Shown piece by piece: positions 63,927 through 64,000 of a stretch of DNA of 64,000 nucleotides (position 1 is the stretch's first letter; each line of letters opens with the position of its first letter). Source of the stretch: Tubulanus polymorphus. Lineage: Eukaryota; Animalia; Nemertea. The translations under genes and the position numbers were made by a program. Under the pieces are notes generated by a model, which saw only the letters and a program-made list of their open reading frames with translations, was not told the origin of the DNA and searched no databases. The stretch is from positions 1,612,001 through 1,676,000 of the forward strand of contig NC_134036.1 of NCBI RefSeq assembly GCF_964204645.1. Direction: 5' to 3'.

Positions 63927-64000
63927 GTACGAATATTTTCGAAATGTCATGACTATGCAACCGGCCCCTGGGTCCTTCCTATTTTGATTCTTTTCACTGA

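Overview
This is AT-rich eukaryotic (bilaterian invertebrate, probably lophotrochozoan) genomic DNA with spliced genes; it is not bacterial. Recognisable content: a tRNA-Thr(AGT) gene; the first exons of an unidentified signal-peptide gene (-); a 14-exon hinderin/KIAA1328-like gene (-); a 5-exon calexcitin/sarcoplasmic Ca-binding EF-hand gene (-); a 12-exon CPEB1 gene (+); and SEC11 signal peptidase (+, runs off the window). The ~15.4 kb first intron of the EF-hand gene holds an antisense, two-exon, bacterial-type CapA/PgsA (poly-gamma-glutamate synthesis, metallophosphatase-fold) gene, a strong horizontal-transfer candidate, and two tandem U5 snRNA genes. Also present: a fold-back pair of Penelope-type minimal hammerhead ribozyme motifs, a 40-bp TIR-only insertion with an 8-bp TSD, piggyBac- and Harbinger-type MITEs, a tRNA-derived SINE, CTCF-like and CRE motif clusters, and many mini- and microsatellites. 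Gene models were assembled by eye from GT-AG junctions and phase continuity; family calls rest on recalled motifs, not database searches.
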